Virus record (IMG/VR): IMGVR_UViG_3300030451_003374
Location: 68,947 to 132,946 of that record
Length of the DNA stretch: 64,000 bases
From: a virus
Reading direction: 5' to 3' (one strand)
A program made the translations under genes and the position numbers. How positions within the stretch are numbered: the stretch's first letter is position 1; every line of letters starts with the position of its first letter. Below the pieces are notes generated by a model. That model was not told the origin of the DNA and ran no database searches. It saw nothing but the letters and a program-made list of their open reading frames with translations. This document shows, piece by piece, positions 52,277 through 60,154 of the stretch.

Positions 52277-52569
52277 TAATAAAGTTCTTCTTCTGCTCCT
52301 AATTGTATTGTAAGATCTGATGTAGGATATGCAACACATGTAAGCACAAAACCTGCTTCAAGTTGCTCGTCATCTAAGAATGATTGATCTTCTTGATTTA
52401 CAGTTCCTTCTTTAATTTTTGCTGCACAAGTAGAACAGGCACCTGCTCTACAAGAGTAAGGAGCATCTATTCCTTCCTCTTCAATTTTATCAAGGATATA
52501 TTCATCCTCTTCAACTTCAATAGTTGTTGTGTTTTGTTCAGTGTCAATTACTGTAACATTGTATGCCAT
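52276..52569 (-). CDS. petF: Plant-type [2Fe-2S] ferredoxin
   Basis: [12 protein letters not shown]...VLTCVAYP; start MAYNV at 52569. Confidence 0.96.
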   Translation of the reverse strand: MAYNVTVIDTEQNTTTIEVEEDEYILDKIEEEGIDAPYSCRAGACSTCAAKIKEGTVNQEDQSFLDDEQLEAGFVLTCVAYPTSDLTIQLGAEEELY

Positions 52570-52868
52570 TAATCTCTTTGCCTCCAATCATCTGATCTCT
52601 CTTGATGAAACCAGTCTACCACCTCATCAGGTGATGTGAAACCCCTTCGATGATTACTTGAATCGGGGTCTCCTATGTTCAAGCTATTCAGAAAAGAATC
52701 GTTTGGATTTGTAACCATACGTCTTGCAGTTTTCAACATACCTCTTGCACTCGTATTCGCTTTTGAAAGTTTTTCTGCCCAGATCATGTCTGCTATTGAG
52801 ACTTCTTGTCCCGCAGCGATTGACTTACAAATGCCTTCCAGTCGCAATCGGTATTGTGTAGATAACAT
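52569..52868 (-). CDS. Conserved cyanophage hypothetical protein
   Basis: [14 protein letters not shown]...WAEKL family pattern. Confidence 0.7.
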   Translation of the reverse strand: MLSTQYRLRLEGICKSIAAGQEVSIADMIWAEKLSKANTSARGMLKTARRMVTNPNDSFLNSLNIGDPDSSNHRRGFTSPDEVVDWFHQERSDDWRQRD

Positions 52869-52890
52869 ATTTTGTATATTGCTATATTAT

Positions 52891-53703
52891 CTAGTAGTTT
52901 GACAATAGCAATTCTTTCCTTTGTTTCTGTTCGTTCATATACTCACCAACTGATCTCATAGTATATGTCAGATCAAATTCTGATGCTGTCCAATTTAGAA
53001 ATCTACTCTTTATAACTTGTGTAGTATTATAACTGACTAAACAATCTTGTTTTGATAGATCACATGTAGTAAAAAACAGATCGTGATCAAATCCTTTGTG
53101 CATCGCACCCTTCTTACCATACAGATTAGAACCTATCTCGTATGGTGGATCAAGATAACAGAATGCATCATCACCATCTAGTAACTCTTGGTAAGATAAG
53201 TTTGTTATTTTCCACTTCTTTATAAGTAATCCGTAATAGGGCATCTTTTCGATACCTCGCATAGAAAAGTTGGAATCTGAGGCTTGCGGGGAGAACGAAG
53301 ACGATTCAGTAAGCCCACTGAAGCTACACTTATTAATAATATAGAAACAAACAGCCTTGTCGGGGAGATCGGTGGTCTCATCGTTCAACTTCTCCTTTGC
53401 ATCAAGGAACAAACCTTTCGCTGATGATGGATCAGGGAATCTACTCTTGAGTTGTTGTAGTTGTTTATAAACATAATCATTATTATCACGAAGTTGTACC
53501 CAAAAATTATATAAAGGGAAGTACAAATCGTTTACCCATATAGGAAGGTTGTGATGCTTCTGTGCGATGTAGCATGCAACACTACCACCACCCAAAAAAG
53601 GTTCACGATATTCTTTTATACCATAAGGGAATCTTGAATATATCTTCTCTACTGCTCTAGACTTACCGCCAGGATATCTTAGAGGAGTTTTCAAAGTATT
53701 CAT
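52891..53703 (-). CDS. dam: DNA adenine methyltransferase (Dam/D12 class)
   Basis: LRYPGGKS, EPFLGGGSV, DPPY; start moved to ATG 53703. Confidence 0.92.
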   Translation of the reverse strand: MNTLKTPLRYPGGKSRAVEKIYSRFPYGIKEYREPFLGGGSVACYIAQKHHNLPIWVNDLYFPLYNFWVQLRDNNDYVYKQLQQLKSRFPDPSSAKGLFLDAKEKLNDETTDLPDKAVCFYIINKCSFSGLTESSSFSPQASDSNFSMRGIEKMPYYGLLIKKWKITNLSYQELLDGDDAFCYLDPPYEIGSNLYGKKGAMHKGFDHDLFFTTCDLSKQDCLVSYNTTQVIKSRFLNWTASEFDLTYTMRSVGEYMNEQKQRKELLLSNY

Positions 53704-54568
53704 GAAGTTCTTTCTTAGGTTCCCACCCCAATAATGTTTTTGCCTTTGTGTTATCTGCAAGAGTAATTCTTGCTTCACCAGGTCTTGATGGTATTTGTAT
53801 TGTATTATAAGGGTTATTGACTAATTTTGCAATATCATTTACAGAATGATTTTTACCAGTACCAATATTGAATACTCCATCACAATTTGTTTGCATTGCA
53901 CACATATTTGCTTCTACTACATCTGACACGTGTGTGAAATCTCTTCTCTGCTCACCATCACCGACTATGGTGCATGGTGTTCTTGCTTTCTTTTGCTCCT
54001 CGAACAAACCAATCACGGGAGCATATGTTCCCTTTAGTGGTTGACGAGGACCGTAAACATTGAAGTACCTCAAGGTCACGGTTGAGAGTCCGTGCAATTT
54101 TGAATACATCTGACATAAAATTTCTGCTCCAACTTTAGATGCTGAGTATGGGTTTAGACAATCTGTAGGCATGTCCTCTCTTAGAGGAGGTGTGTTTGCT
54201 AAACCATATGAGGATGATGTGGAAGAGTTTACAAATCTTTTTACTCCTGCTTCCACAGCACATTTCAGAAGATTGTTAGTGCCAACGTAATTGACATCTA
54301 TACAAGCATCTGGATTTTTCATAGCAATTTGTATTCTACTGAATGCTGCTAAATGAAAAACACAATCTACACCATCAAACAATGGTCTTATCTTATCATA
54401 ATCTCTTATGTCTACCTTATGATTACTTGCTGAAGCATACCAGTGGAATTCATCATTACTAACTGCTGATTCATTGTCCACAACGACAACTTCACTACCA
54501 TCTTCCAGTAGTCTTTCGACGATGTGAGATCCTATGAATCCCGCACCGCCTGTAACTAAACACTTCAT
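53663..54568 (-). CDS. NAD-dependent epimerase/dehydratase (WcaG/GalE-like)
   Basis: VTGGAGFIGSH, YSASK, LRYFNVYGPRQ, GDGEQRRDF; start ATG 54568. Confidence 0.9.
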   Translation of the reverse strand: MKCLVTGGAGFIGSHIVERLLEDGSEVVVVDNESAVSNDEFHWYASASNHKVDIRDYDKIRPLFDGVDCVFHLAAFSRIQIAMKNPDACIDVNYVGTNNLLKCAVEAGVKRFVNSSTSSSYGLANTPPLREDMPTDCLNPYSASKVGAEILCQMYSKLHGLSTVTLRYFNVYGPRQPLKGTYAPVIGLFEEQKKARTPCTIVGDGEQRRDFTHVSDVVEANMCAMQTNCDGVFNIGTGKNHSVNDIAKLVNNPYNTIQIPSRPGEARITLADNTKAKTLLGWEPKKELHEYFENSSKISWR

Positions 54569-54569
54569 A

Positions 54570-54842
54570 CTATTCTGACTTAGTATTTTTACTTTTGGCA
54601 CTTGTTCTCTTTCTAGTTTTTCGCTTTGGTGCCTCTTCTGCTTTCTTTAGATCTGCTAGTTGTTCTTTAGTCAATCCTTTACCAATCAACCAGAATGATG
54701 CAACGATTGCTGATACTAGGAAGACAACAATGCCAGCAACTCCAACATGCTGAATCATTGTTCTACCTTCTGGTGGTGGTTCTGGGAGACAAACAGGTAT
54801 CTCTTGGATAATTCCGACAGGTTGTTGGGGAGTCACGTCCAT
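54570..54842 (-). CDS. Small membrane protein with basic tail
   Basis: TM segment VGVAGIVVFLVSAIVASFWLIG. Confidence 0.6.
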   Translation of the reverse strand: MDVTPQQPVGIIQEIPVCLPEPPPEGRTMIQHVGVAGIVVFLVSAIVASFWLIGKGLTKEQLADLKKAEEAPKRKTRKRTSAKSKNTKSE

Positions 54843-54871
54843 AATAAATCTTCGTACATACTAATTATACA

Positions 54872-55816
54872 TTATTTGAACTCACATTGCACCATGAGTT
54901 CAGTCATTGCTGCAAGCATGTTGATTTCCTGATCAGCAGCAAATGCTGATTGGTATTGATACTTTGCAATGATGAGAACCGCTTCTGGAATAGAGGACGG
55001 TTTCAAGTTTTCGTATATTGAATCGTATACTGATCTTAGTATAGAGTTGGGATCATTGTCAAGATTTTGTACTACCCATTTCCTTACATTTTGAAACTCT
55101 TTCTTAGATAGAAAACCTATCAACTCATTTGTATTCGTTGGAGATAGTGCGGTAAGAACTTCACTACCAATCTCACCACTTGTAGAATATCTCTGGCATT
55201 CGTTTAGAACTCTTCTCCAGTCAGGAAAATGTTTGTTGATGAGTCCTACTAAAACTTTAGGTTCTGCCTTTACTTTTTCTTCTGCCAGTATTGTCTGTAA
55301 TCTTTTGAAGAATTTTGCTGCTAGTTCTTGTCTTTCTTTCCCTCTAATTCCGAACTCGACCACCGAGCATCTGCTGTGGAGAGGTTCAATAATTTTGTTC
55401 TTGTAATTACAGGTGAAGATGAAACGACAGTTGTTATAAAACGCTTCAATATTTGCCCTAAGAAGGAGTTGTACATCGTGGGTCGTGTTGTCTGCTTCAT
55501 CTATTATGATTACTTTATGGTTGCCACTGCTCGTCAACGAGACAGTAGAAGCAAAACTCTTTGCTTGGTTTCTTACAGTATCTAGAAATCTTCCTTCGTC
55601 AGAACCATTGATTACATAATAATCAACACCTAACTCATTACACAATGCCTTTGCAACTGTAGTTTTACCTACACCTGGTGGACCTGCAAGTAATAAGTTA
55701 GGTAATTCACCAGACTGTACAAACTCAGCAAAGGTTTTCTTTGTTGAGTCTGGTAAAATACACTCTTCTATTGTCTTGGGACGATACTTCTCGACCCATA
55801 GAAATTCATTGGTCAT
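54872..55816 (-). CDS. gp44: Clamp loader large subunit (gp44)
   Basis: LWVEKYRP, GPPGVGKTT, IIDEAD, LHSRC, DQEIN. Confidence 0.97.
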   Translation of the reverse strand: MTNEFLWVEKYRPKTIEECILPDSTKKTFAEFVQSGELPNLLLAGPPGVGKTTVAKALCNELGVDYYVINGSDEGRFLDTVRNQAKSFASTVSLTSSGNHKVIIIDEADNTTHDVQLLLRANIEAFYNNCRFIFTCNYKNKIIEPLHSRCSVVEFGIRGKERQELAAKFFKRLQTILAEEKVKAEPKVLVGLINKHFPDWRRVLNECQRYSTSGEIGSEVLTALSPTNTNELIGFLSKKEFQNVRKWVVQNLDNDPNSILRSVYDSIYENLKPSSIPEAVLIIAKYQYQSAFAADQEINMLAAMTELMVQCEFK

Positions 55817-55946
55817 CTAGTTGTTTGATTTGATAGAGATTTGACTTGTGGTACTTTTTGATTTTCTTGTATTGTTTGACTAACTTTTTGATAGCGTCTT
55901 TGTTTACTTTAGGTGTACCCTTGTCTTCCTTACCTTCACTATTCAC
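55806..55946 (-). CDS. 46-aa basic protein
   Basis: GTG start after SD GGAGGAG; MNSEGKEDK...KKLVKQYKKIKKYHKS. Confidence 0.6.
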   Translation of the reverse strand: MNSEGKEDKGTPKVNKDAIKKLVKQYKKIKKYHKSNLYQIKQLDDQ

Positions 55947-56023
55947 TTTTTCTCCTCCCAGAGGTATACGAAATAGAGTCCTAGTATAACCCAGAACGCT
56001 ATCTCTAGTCCGTAATTATTCAT
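55943..56023 (-). CDS. 26-aa single-TM micro-protein
   Basis: MNNYGLEIAFWVILGLYFVYLWEEKK; overlaps the gp45 stop and the next start (GTGA). Confidence 0.6.
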   Translation of the reverse strand: MNNYGLEIAFWVILGLYFVYLWEEKK

Positions 56024-56708
56024 CGAATTTAGAATCAGGTTCTAATGCAATGAAGTATGTAAGTTTATATGAACTACTATAGAACTTAGCAAGATTCTTC
56101 TTAGAAATCTGAACAGTATATCCACCAATAAGTGTCTTGATATTCTCTATCTTGAAGTTGAATGAGAATGTGTGTTCAGTATTTCCGACAGTAAGACTAT
56201 AAACATTCGATGTATCATTCTTACGATCAGATACTATCACTTCTACAGTATTACCATTACCTACAACAGATAGGTCTGGTAGTTGCATGATAGATGATGC
56301 TTTGAGTAAACTCTTTAGGTCTTGCTCTGATAGGTTGAACTCCACATCTATACTAGGAAGTTCCATCTTCTTTTCTGGTGGTGCCACAATGACACTAGGA
56401 TCGCAGAAGAAGAATTTTGTCTGATGATTTGTTGTTCCTTTGATTGTTGCATGTGACTGGTTACTAGACACATCAATAGATGGTGTAGCAGTCAATGACA
56501 ATGTGTTCAAGAACTGTGGCAAATCATAGATTGCAAATTCACGTGGTATGTACTCTTCAATCTCTGCCTCTGCCAGAACATTTTTCATGACTGACATAGT
56601 TCTCAATGTATTTCCTTCTTTGAAATGCAATGACTGATTGATAGACGTGAAGTTCTGAAGAATTTTAGTTGTCTTTTCAGATAGTCTCATAGGTTCCCTG
56701 AGTTTCAT
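56016..56708 (-). CDS. gp45: Sliding clamp (gp45)
   Basis: LQNFTSINQS, FAIYDLPQFL, YFIALEPDS; alternative start at 56690. Confidence 0.95.
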   Translation of the reverse strand: MKLREPMRLSEKTTKILQNFTSINQSLHFKEGNTLRTMSVMKNVLAEAEIEEYIPREFAIYDLPQFLNTLSLTATPSIDVSSNQSHATIKGTTNHQTKFFFCDPSVIVAPPEKKMELPSIDVEFNLSEQDLKSLLKASSIMQLPDLSVVGNGNTVEVIVSDRKNDTSNVYSLTVGNTEHTFSFNFKIENIKTLIGGYTVQISKKNLAKFYSSSYKLTYFIALEPDSKFDE

Positions 56709-56728
56709 GATAAATGTCTAACACTTAT

Positions 56729-56757
56729 ACAATAACACTAACCCAGTATCAAGTCAA
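56729..56757 (-). promoter_or_regulatory. Sigma70-like promoter TTGACT-N17-TATTGT with TG extension
   Basis: Upstream of gp45. Confidence 0.45.
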
Positions 56758-57319
56758 CTGCATCCTGCCAATCTTGTTTGTTTGCAAACCGATACGAAAA
56801 AGAAAACCTACGACACTCTGTCCTAGCACAGTGCCACAGTTGATCTTCTACATTCTCTCCGAAGTATCCCACCTTACAACTCCAACCCTTTCCATCCTTT
56901 ATAGTATCCATTTTATTTCCTTTGGCAAATCTGAAGAACCCTTCTCCATCTTCTGACCAGTTGAACAATATTATATGACCTGGCACCTTGTAGTTAGTAT
57001 GCCAACCTACAAATCCTGTAGGAGGATAGTATCCTACAACAGGTGTGTCAATACACTTAGGAAATTTTCTTTTCAGTAGGTCGTGATCAAACTTCTTTCT
57101 TGGTGTCACATCCTCCTGATCATTGAATACCAGATACTTACTTGGTAAGTCAAGTCTTTGATTATTTTCTAGCAACATTTTTAAGAATGTGATGCTAGTA
57201 AAAAAGATGGGATCCGCATGATAATCATACGACCTATCCCATCTTTCATTTTTTATAAATCTTTTTTCTACAACCTCTAAGAAGTTGTGGAAGTTATTAC
57301 CGATCTCTATCTTTTCCAT
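56738..57319 (-). CDS. Cupin/2OG-oxygenase-like protein
   Basis: GWHTN, LWHCA, RRFSFSY double-stranded beta-helix pattern. Confidence 0.5.
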   Translation of the reverse strand: MEKIEIGNNFHNFLEVVEKRFIKNERWDRSYDYHADPIFFTSITFLKMLLENNQRLDLPSKYLVFNDQEDVTPRKKFDHDLLKRKFPKCIDTPVVGYYPPTGFVGWHTNYKVPGHIILFNWSEDGEGFFRFAKGNKMDTIKDGKGWSCKVGYFGENVEDQLWHCARTECRRFSFSYRFANKQDWQDAVDLILG

Positions 57320-57336
57320 GTTGCCATGATAGCATA

Positions 57337-57651
57337 CTATCTATCTTGCAACTTCTCTACTGCTGTCGATGCTTGCATTGCGGGGACATCGTATAAACCG
57401 TTGGCATCAAACCATGGAGCAGTTTCCCAATCGAAACCTTCACCAAATGTGTTGTCTGCCTGTTGTACATACCAATGACACTTAGCGTCAGGTATGTCTA
57501 CTGCACATACTGCCCAATCGTCTGTCCACTGAGGGACTTGTACATATAATACTGGCACATCTGCGTATGCCTTCCCACCTAATAAAATACAGGACACGAG
57601 TAGCATTGCTACAACCATGCACCTGTTAGACCATTGGATGAAATGTTTCAT
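57337..57651 (-). CDS. Exported small protein
   Basis: Signal-like N-terminus ending AYA; Trp-rich mature part with two Cys. Confidence 0.65.
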   Translation of the reverse strand: MKHFIQWSNRCMVVAMLLVSCILLGGKAYADVPVLYVQVPQWTDDWAVCAVDIPDAKCHWYVQQADNTFGEGFDWETAPWFDANGLYDVPAMQASTAVEKLQDR

Positions 57652-57740
57652 ACTACTCCTGCGAATCCTGCTACTGTGCCTACAATAACAAAGAATCCGA
57701 ATTCTATCAACGGATAGTATGGGTTTGAAAATACTTTCAT
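57648..57740 (-). CDS. 30-aa single-TM micro-protein
   Basis: MKVFSNPYYPLIEFGFFVIVGTVAGFAGVV; ATGA-coupled on both sides. Confidence 0.65.
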   Translation of the reverse strand: MKVFSNPYYPLIEFGFFVIVGTVAGFAGVV

Positions 57741-57811
57741 GCGAAAGCGATATTACCTACACCTGATAAGATGTATGCTGTTACTAATGTTGTGAATAGT
57801 AAGTGTTGCAT
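57737..57811 (-). CDS. 24-aa hydrophobic micro-protein
   Basis: MQHLLFTTLVTAYILSGVGNIAFA; TAATG and ATGA coupling. Confidence 0.6.
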   Translation of the reverse strand: MQHLLFTTLVTAYILSGVGNIAFA

Positions 57812-57984
57812 TAGTTTGCTCCTTGATAAACTGGGACTGCTTTACCACCATCAAAATCATCATCGTCGTCATCATTGATGGCACGGATGAATAGTTCAAG
57901 AAATACAAGTGCTCCTATGGGATAGAAGCACCATAGTATTGCTTGAAAGGGTGATATATCATTTACTACAGAAAGATCTGTCAT
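57811..57984 (-). CDS. 57-aa TM protein with poly-Asp tract
   Basis: ILWCFYPIGALVFLELF...DDDDDDFDGG; starts right after the hli stop. Confidence 0.7.
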   Translation of the reverse strand: MTDLSVVNDISPFQAILWCFYPIGALVFLELFIRAINDDDDDDFDGGKAVPVYQGAN

Positions 57985-58113
57985 TTAGAACTGACCGAAG
58001 AACATGTGACCTGTCAATAAGTCTGAAGTTGCTGCTGCAATCAAACCTAACATAGCAAGTCTACCGTTCCATCTTTCTGCAATTTTCTTTTGTGGTTCGA
58101 TATTGTCTTTCAT
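57985..58113 (-). CDS. hli: High-light-inducible protein
   Basis: AERWNGRLAMLG (ExxNGRxAM). Confidence 0.93.
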   Translation of the reverse strand: MKDNIEPQKKIAERWNGRLAMLGLIAAATSDLLTGHMFFGQF

Positions 58114-58220
58114 TAGAATATACCTGGAATGATGTTGCCTGTTGTTGCGTATGCTCCGACTGCTGCAACGAATCCAATCATTGCCATCCAACCGTTAAAC
58201 TTTTCTGCTTCTGGTGTCAT
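58113..58220 (-). CDS. hli: High-light-inducible protein (35 aa)
   Basis: Hand translation MTPEAEKFNGWMAMIGFVAAVGAYATTGNIIPGIF. Confidence 0.93.
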   Translation of the reverse strand: MTPEAEKFNGWMAMIGFVAAVGAYATTGNIIPGIF

Positions 58221-58245
58221 TTGTTTGTACCTTGTAATTGTTTGC

Positions 58246-58371
58246 TTAGAATAAACCTGGTGCTATCCAACCGAATAGACCGTAGTTGATTGTCCCGATC
58301 ACTAGACCGAGCATTGCGAGACGTCCATTGACCTTCTCTGCGTACTTCCAGTAGGGATGTGAAAAATCCAT
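58246..58371 (-). CDS. hli: High-light-inducible protein
   Basis: AEKVNGRLAMLG. Confidence 0.93.
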   Translation of the reverse strand: MDFSHPYWKYAEKVNGRLAMLGLVIGTINYGLFGWIAPGLF

Positions 58372-58568
58372 TAGAAGATACCTGGAATAATTTGTCCAGT
58401 AGTAACATAAGCACCAATCAGTGCAATGAAACCAACCATTGCCCAACGACCATTTACTTTCTCAGCATTTTGAGGATACCCTTCATATACTACGCTTTCA
58501 TCAACGTAAGGTTTTGTTTCAGTTGGGAACGCATTTTGACGTCCGCCTGATTCAGTAGTTACAGTCAT
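58371..58568 (-). CDS. hli: High-light-inducible protein
   Basis: AEKVNGRWAMVGF...TGQIIPGIF. Confidence 0.95.
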   Translation of the reverse strand: MTVTTESGGRQNAFPTETKPYVDESVVYEGYPQNAEKVNGRWAMVGFIALIGAYVTTGQIIPGIF

Positions 58569-58595
58569 TTAGTAATTGTGAACTTTTGTTACATA

Positions 58596-58624
58596 ATTAT
58601 ATATAAAAAATAAAATTTTGTCAA
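58596..58624 (-). promoter_or_regulatory. Perfect sigma70 promoter TTGACA-N17-TATAAT for the hli cluster
   Basis: TTGACA 58624-58619 and TATAAT 58601-58596. Confidence 0.88.
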
Positions 58625-58650
58625 GAAACTTTACATAAGACACACTTATG

Positions 58651-58779
58651 TCACGCATCATCCTTGCTTATATCTCTACCCCAAACCCGCAAAAAGATTG
58701 ACAGCACTAACGCTGTAGGAACAGTGGTGACAAATATCAACATTATCACCTTGATCAACATGTGCTGAACTTCTGACAT
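58651..58779 (-). CDS. 42-aa single-TM micro-protein
   Basis: MSEVQHMLIKVIMLIFVTTVPTALVLSIFLRVWGRDISKDDA, 22 nt after a late-type box. Confidence 0.55.
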   Translation of the reverse strand: MSEVQHMLIKVIMLIFVTTVPTALVLSIFLRVWGRDISKDDA

Positions 58780-58800
58780 TCAATTGTAAAGAACTGTTAC

Positions 58801-58808
58801 TATTTATG
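58801..58808 (-). promoter_or_regulatory. T4-type late promoter (CATAAATA)
   Basis: 7/8 match, intergenic. Confidence 0.5.
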
Positions 58809-58898
58809 TTATTTCTTTCCGAATTTCTCCCTGATCCATATGTCAACAAGAATGAAGACAACAGACCCAACTGCAATAATAAGTATACCTTCCCACAT
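58809..58898 (-). CDS. 29-aa single-TM micro-protein
   Basis: MWEGILIIAVGSVVFILVDIWIREKFGKK; TAATG-coupled to the upstream gene. Confidence 0.6.
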   Translation of the reverse strand: MWEGILIIAVGSVVFILVDIWIREKFGKK

Positions 58899-59560
58899 TA
58901 GCAGTTCTCGTTTAGACCTTCTGCCATACTTCCACCTATGTCAGAACCCTGATTGCCACTAAACATTGCCACCCAACCAGCAGCGACCCAACCAATAAAG
59001 GGGATATTAGACAGAGCAGGAGCAGCAGAAGCACCAATCGAGGTACCCACGAGTCTTCCTGTTCCTTCTGCACTTCCGATTGCTTTGATACATGCTTCTG
59101 ATCTAGCAACCGCATCTCCCTGTGTGTTCGTTGTACTCCCTAATGTTGCAGGATCTTGCCATGATCTAGGATTAGATACAGGTCCTCCTTGATTGGTTAC
59201 ACCATCCATGACATACTCTTCAACAACTTCTTTGGTGTTGTTTGCTAACCCTAAGAAACCTCCTTTCTCTTTTATACTTGTAGTGATATGCATTGTCTTA
59301 GGATCGTTTGCTTTATATGTTATAGCGTAACCATCCTCTGATACACTTGCCTTATATGAAGTGTATGGTCCTACAGGTATATTCAAGTTAGGTAACTTAG
59401 GTGTATCTTTTCTACTTACAATATGTCCTATCATACCAAGATGTGACACAGCGAATAGACTGCCTACCACACCAATTGATATCCACTTATACTTTCCATC
59501 ATTAGATGGCTTCTTCTTAGGTTTGGGTTCAGCACCAAACATTGCCTCTTCTTGATCCAT
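58898..59560 (-). CDS. Membrane protein with C-terminal glycine-zipper helices
   Basis: N-terminal TM segment; GTGRLVGTSIGASAA...GSDIGGSMA. Confidence 0.75.
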   Translation of the reverse strand: MDQEEAMFGAEPKPKKKPSNDGKYKWISIGVVGSLFAVSHLGMIGHIVSRKDTPKLPNLNIPVGPYTSYKASVSEDGYAITYKANDPKTMHITTSIKEKGGFLGLANNTKEVVEEYVMDGVTNQGGPVSNPRSWQDPATLGSTTNTQGDAVARSEACIKAIGSAEGTGRLVGTSIGASAAPALSNIPFIGWVAAGWVAMFSGNQGSDIGGSMAEGLNENC

Positions 59561-59580
59561 AATCTAACCTAGGTTCATTT

Positions 59581-59609
59581 ATTATATAGCATAAAAAAAG
59601 GGGTGTCAA
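59581..59609 (-). promoter_or_regulatory. Perfect sigma70 promoter TTGACA-N17-TATAAT built into a terminator
   Basis: TTGACA 59609-59604 and TATAAT 59586-59581. Confidence 0.85.
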
Positions 59610-59616
59610 GCACCCC
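59593..59616 (-). terminator. Intrinsic terminator after the beta-barrel gene
   Basis: GGGGTG-CTTGA-CACCCC-TTTTTTT. Confidence 0.9.
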
Positions 59617-59637
59617 TTGTATTATGTAAGTTGTTTC

Positions 59638-60006
59638 TTAGAAACTGTACTTGATTCCAGTTAGGAATTCGTACTTGTTGTCTCCACCATCGTTAGATGT
59701 GAACTTACCACCGATTTTAGCACCAACTGAGTCTGTTAGAGCAAATGCTAAACCAGAGTTGATTCTTAATTCAGTTGTTTCTGTACCACCGTCAGCAACA
59801 GTTATAATAGGACCACCTTCTACGAAGTACTTAGTACCACCTTCGCCTAAAGCACCAGCATAACCGATCTTACCAGTGAATTCTGTTGCACTGTAGTTGT
59901 TACCAGTGAATTTTGACTTGGTGTCTACACCAACGTAAGGTCCTGCTAATACAGGAGAAGAGAAAGCAGTTACAGCAGCGACTGCTAAGATTGATTTAAT
60001 GTTCAT
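59638..60006 (-). CDS. Small outer-membrane beta-barrel protein
   Basis: Signal MNIKSILAVAAVTAFSSPVLA; alternating beta strands; C-terminal GIKYSF BAM-type signal; start ATG 60006. Confidence 0.8.
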   Translation of the reverse strand: MNIKSILAVAAVTAFSSPVLAGPYVGVDTKSKFTGNNYSATEFTGKIGYAGALGEGGTKYFVEGGPIITVADGGTETTELRINSGLAFALTDSVGAKIGGKFTSNDGGDNKYEFLTGIKYSF

Positions 60007-60118
60007 TATTGTTTTTAAGTATCTCGCAAGACATAAAAAAATCCTGCGGATGTTAGACGACCCCGACATGGGTGTCTTTTTATCTACGCAGGGGTACGAT
60101 CTTTCGATTCCTTTGTAT
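60007..60118 (-). ncRNA. Candidate structured leader or small RNA
   Basis: GAAA hairpin followed by nested stems CCTGCG/CGCAGG, TAGA/TCTA and GAC-CCC/GGG-GTC, then a U7 tract. Confidence 0.45.
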
Positions 60119-60126
60119 GATTATAT

Positions 60127-60154
60127 ATGATAGCACAAAGTTCGCACTTGTCAA
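60127..60154 (-). promoter_or_regulatory. Sigma70-type promoter TTGACA-N16-TATCAT with TG extension
   Basis: TTGACA overlaps the gp46 stop; TGcTATCAT at 60135-60127; a second TATAAT at 60125-60120. Confidence 0.6.

Noticed and set aside
58577-58593. NtcA box at the hli promoter
   Set aside because: Spacing is GTG-N9-TAC rather than GTA-N8-TAC
58676-58876. 66-aa minus-strand ORF in the track
   Set aside because: Two other frames give coupled TM micro-proteins (58809-58898, 58651-58779) with a late box between them, a better explanation
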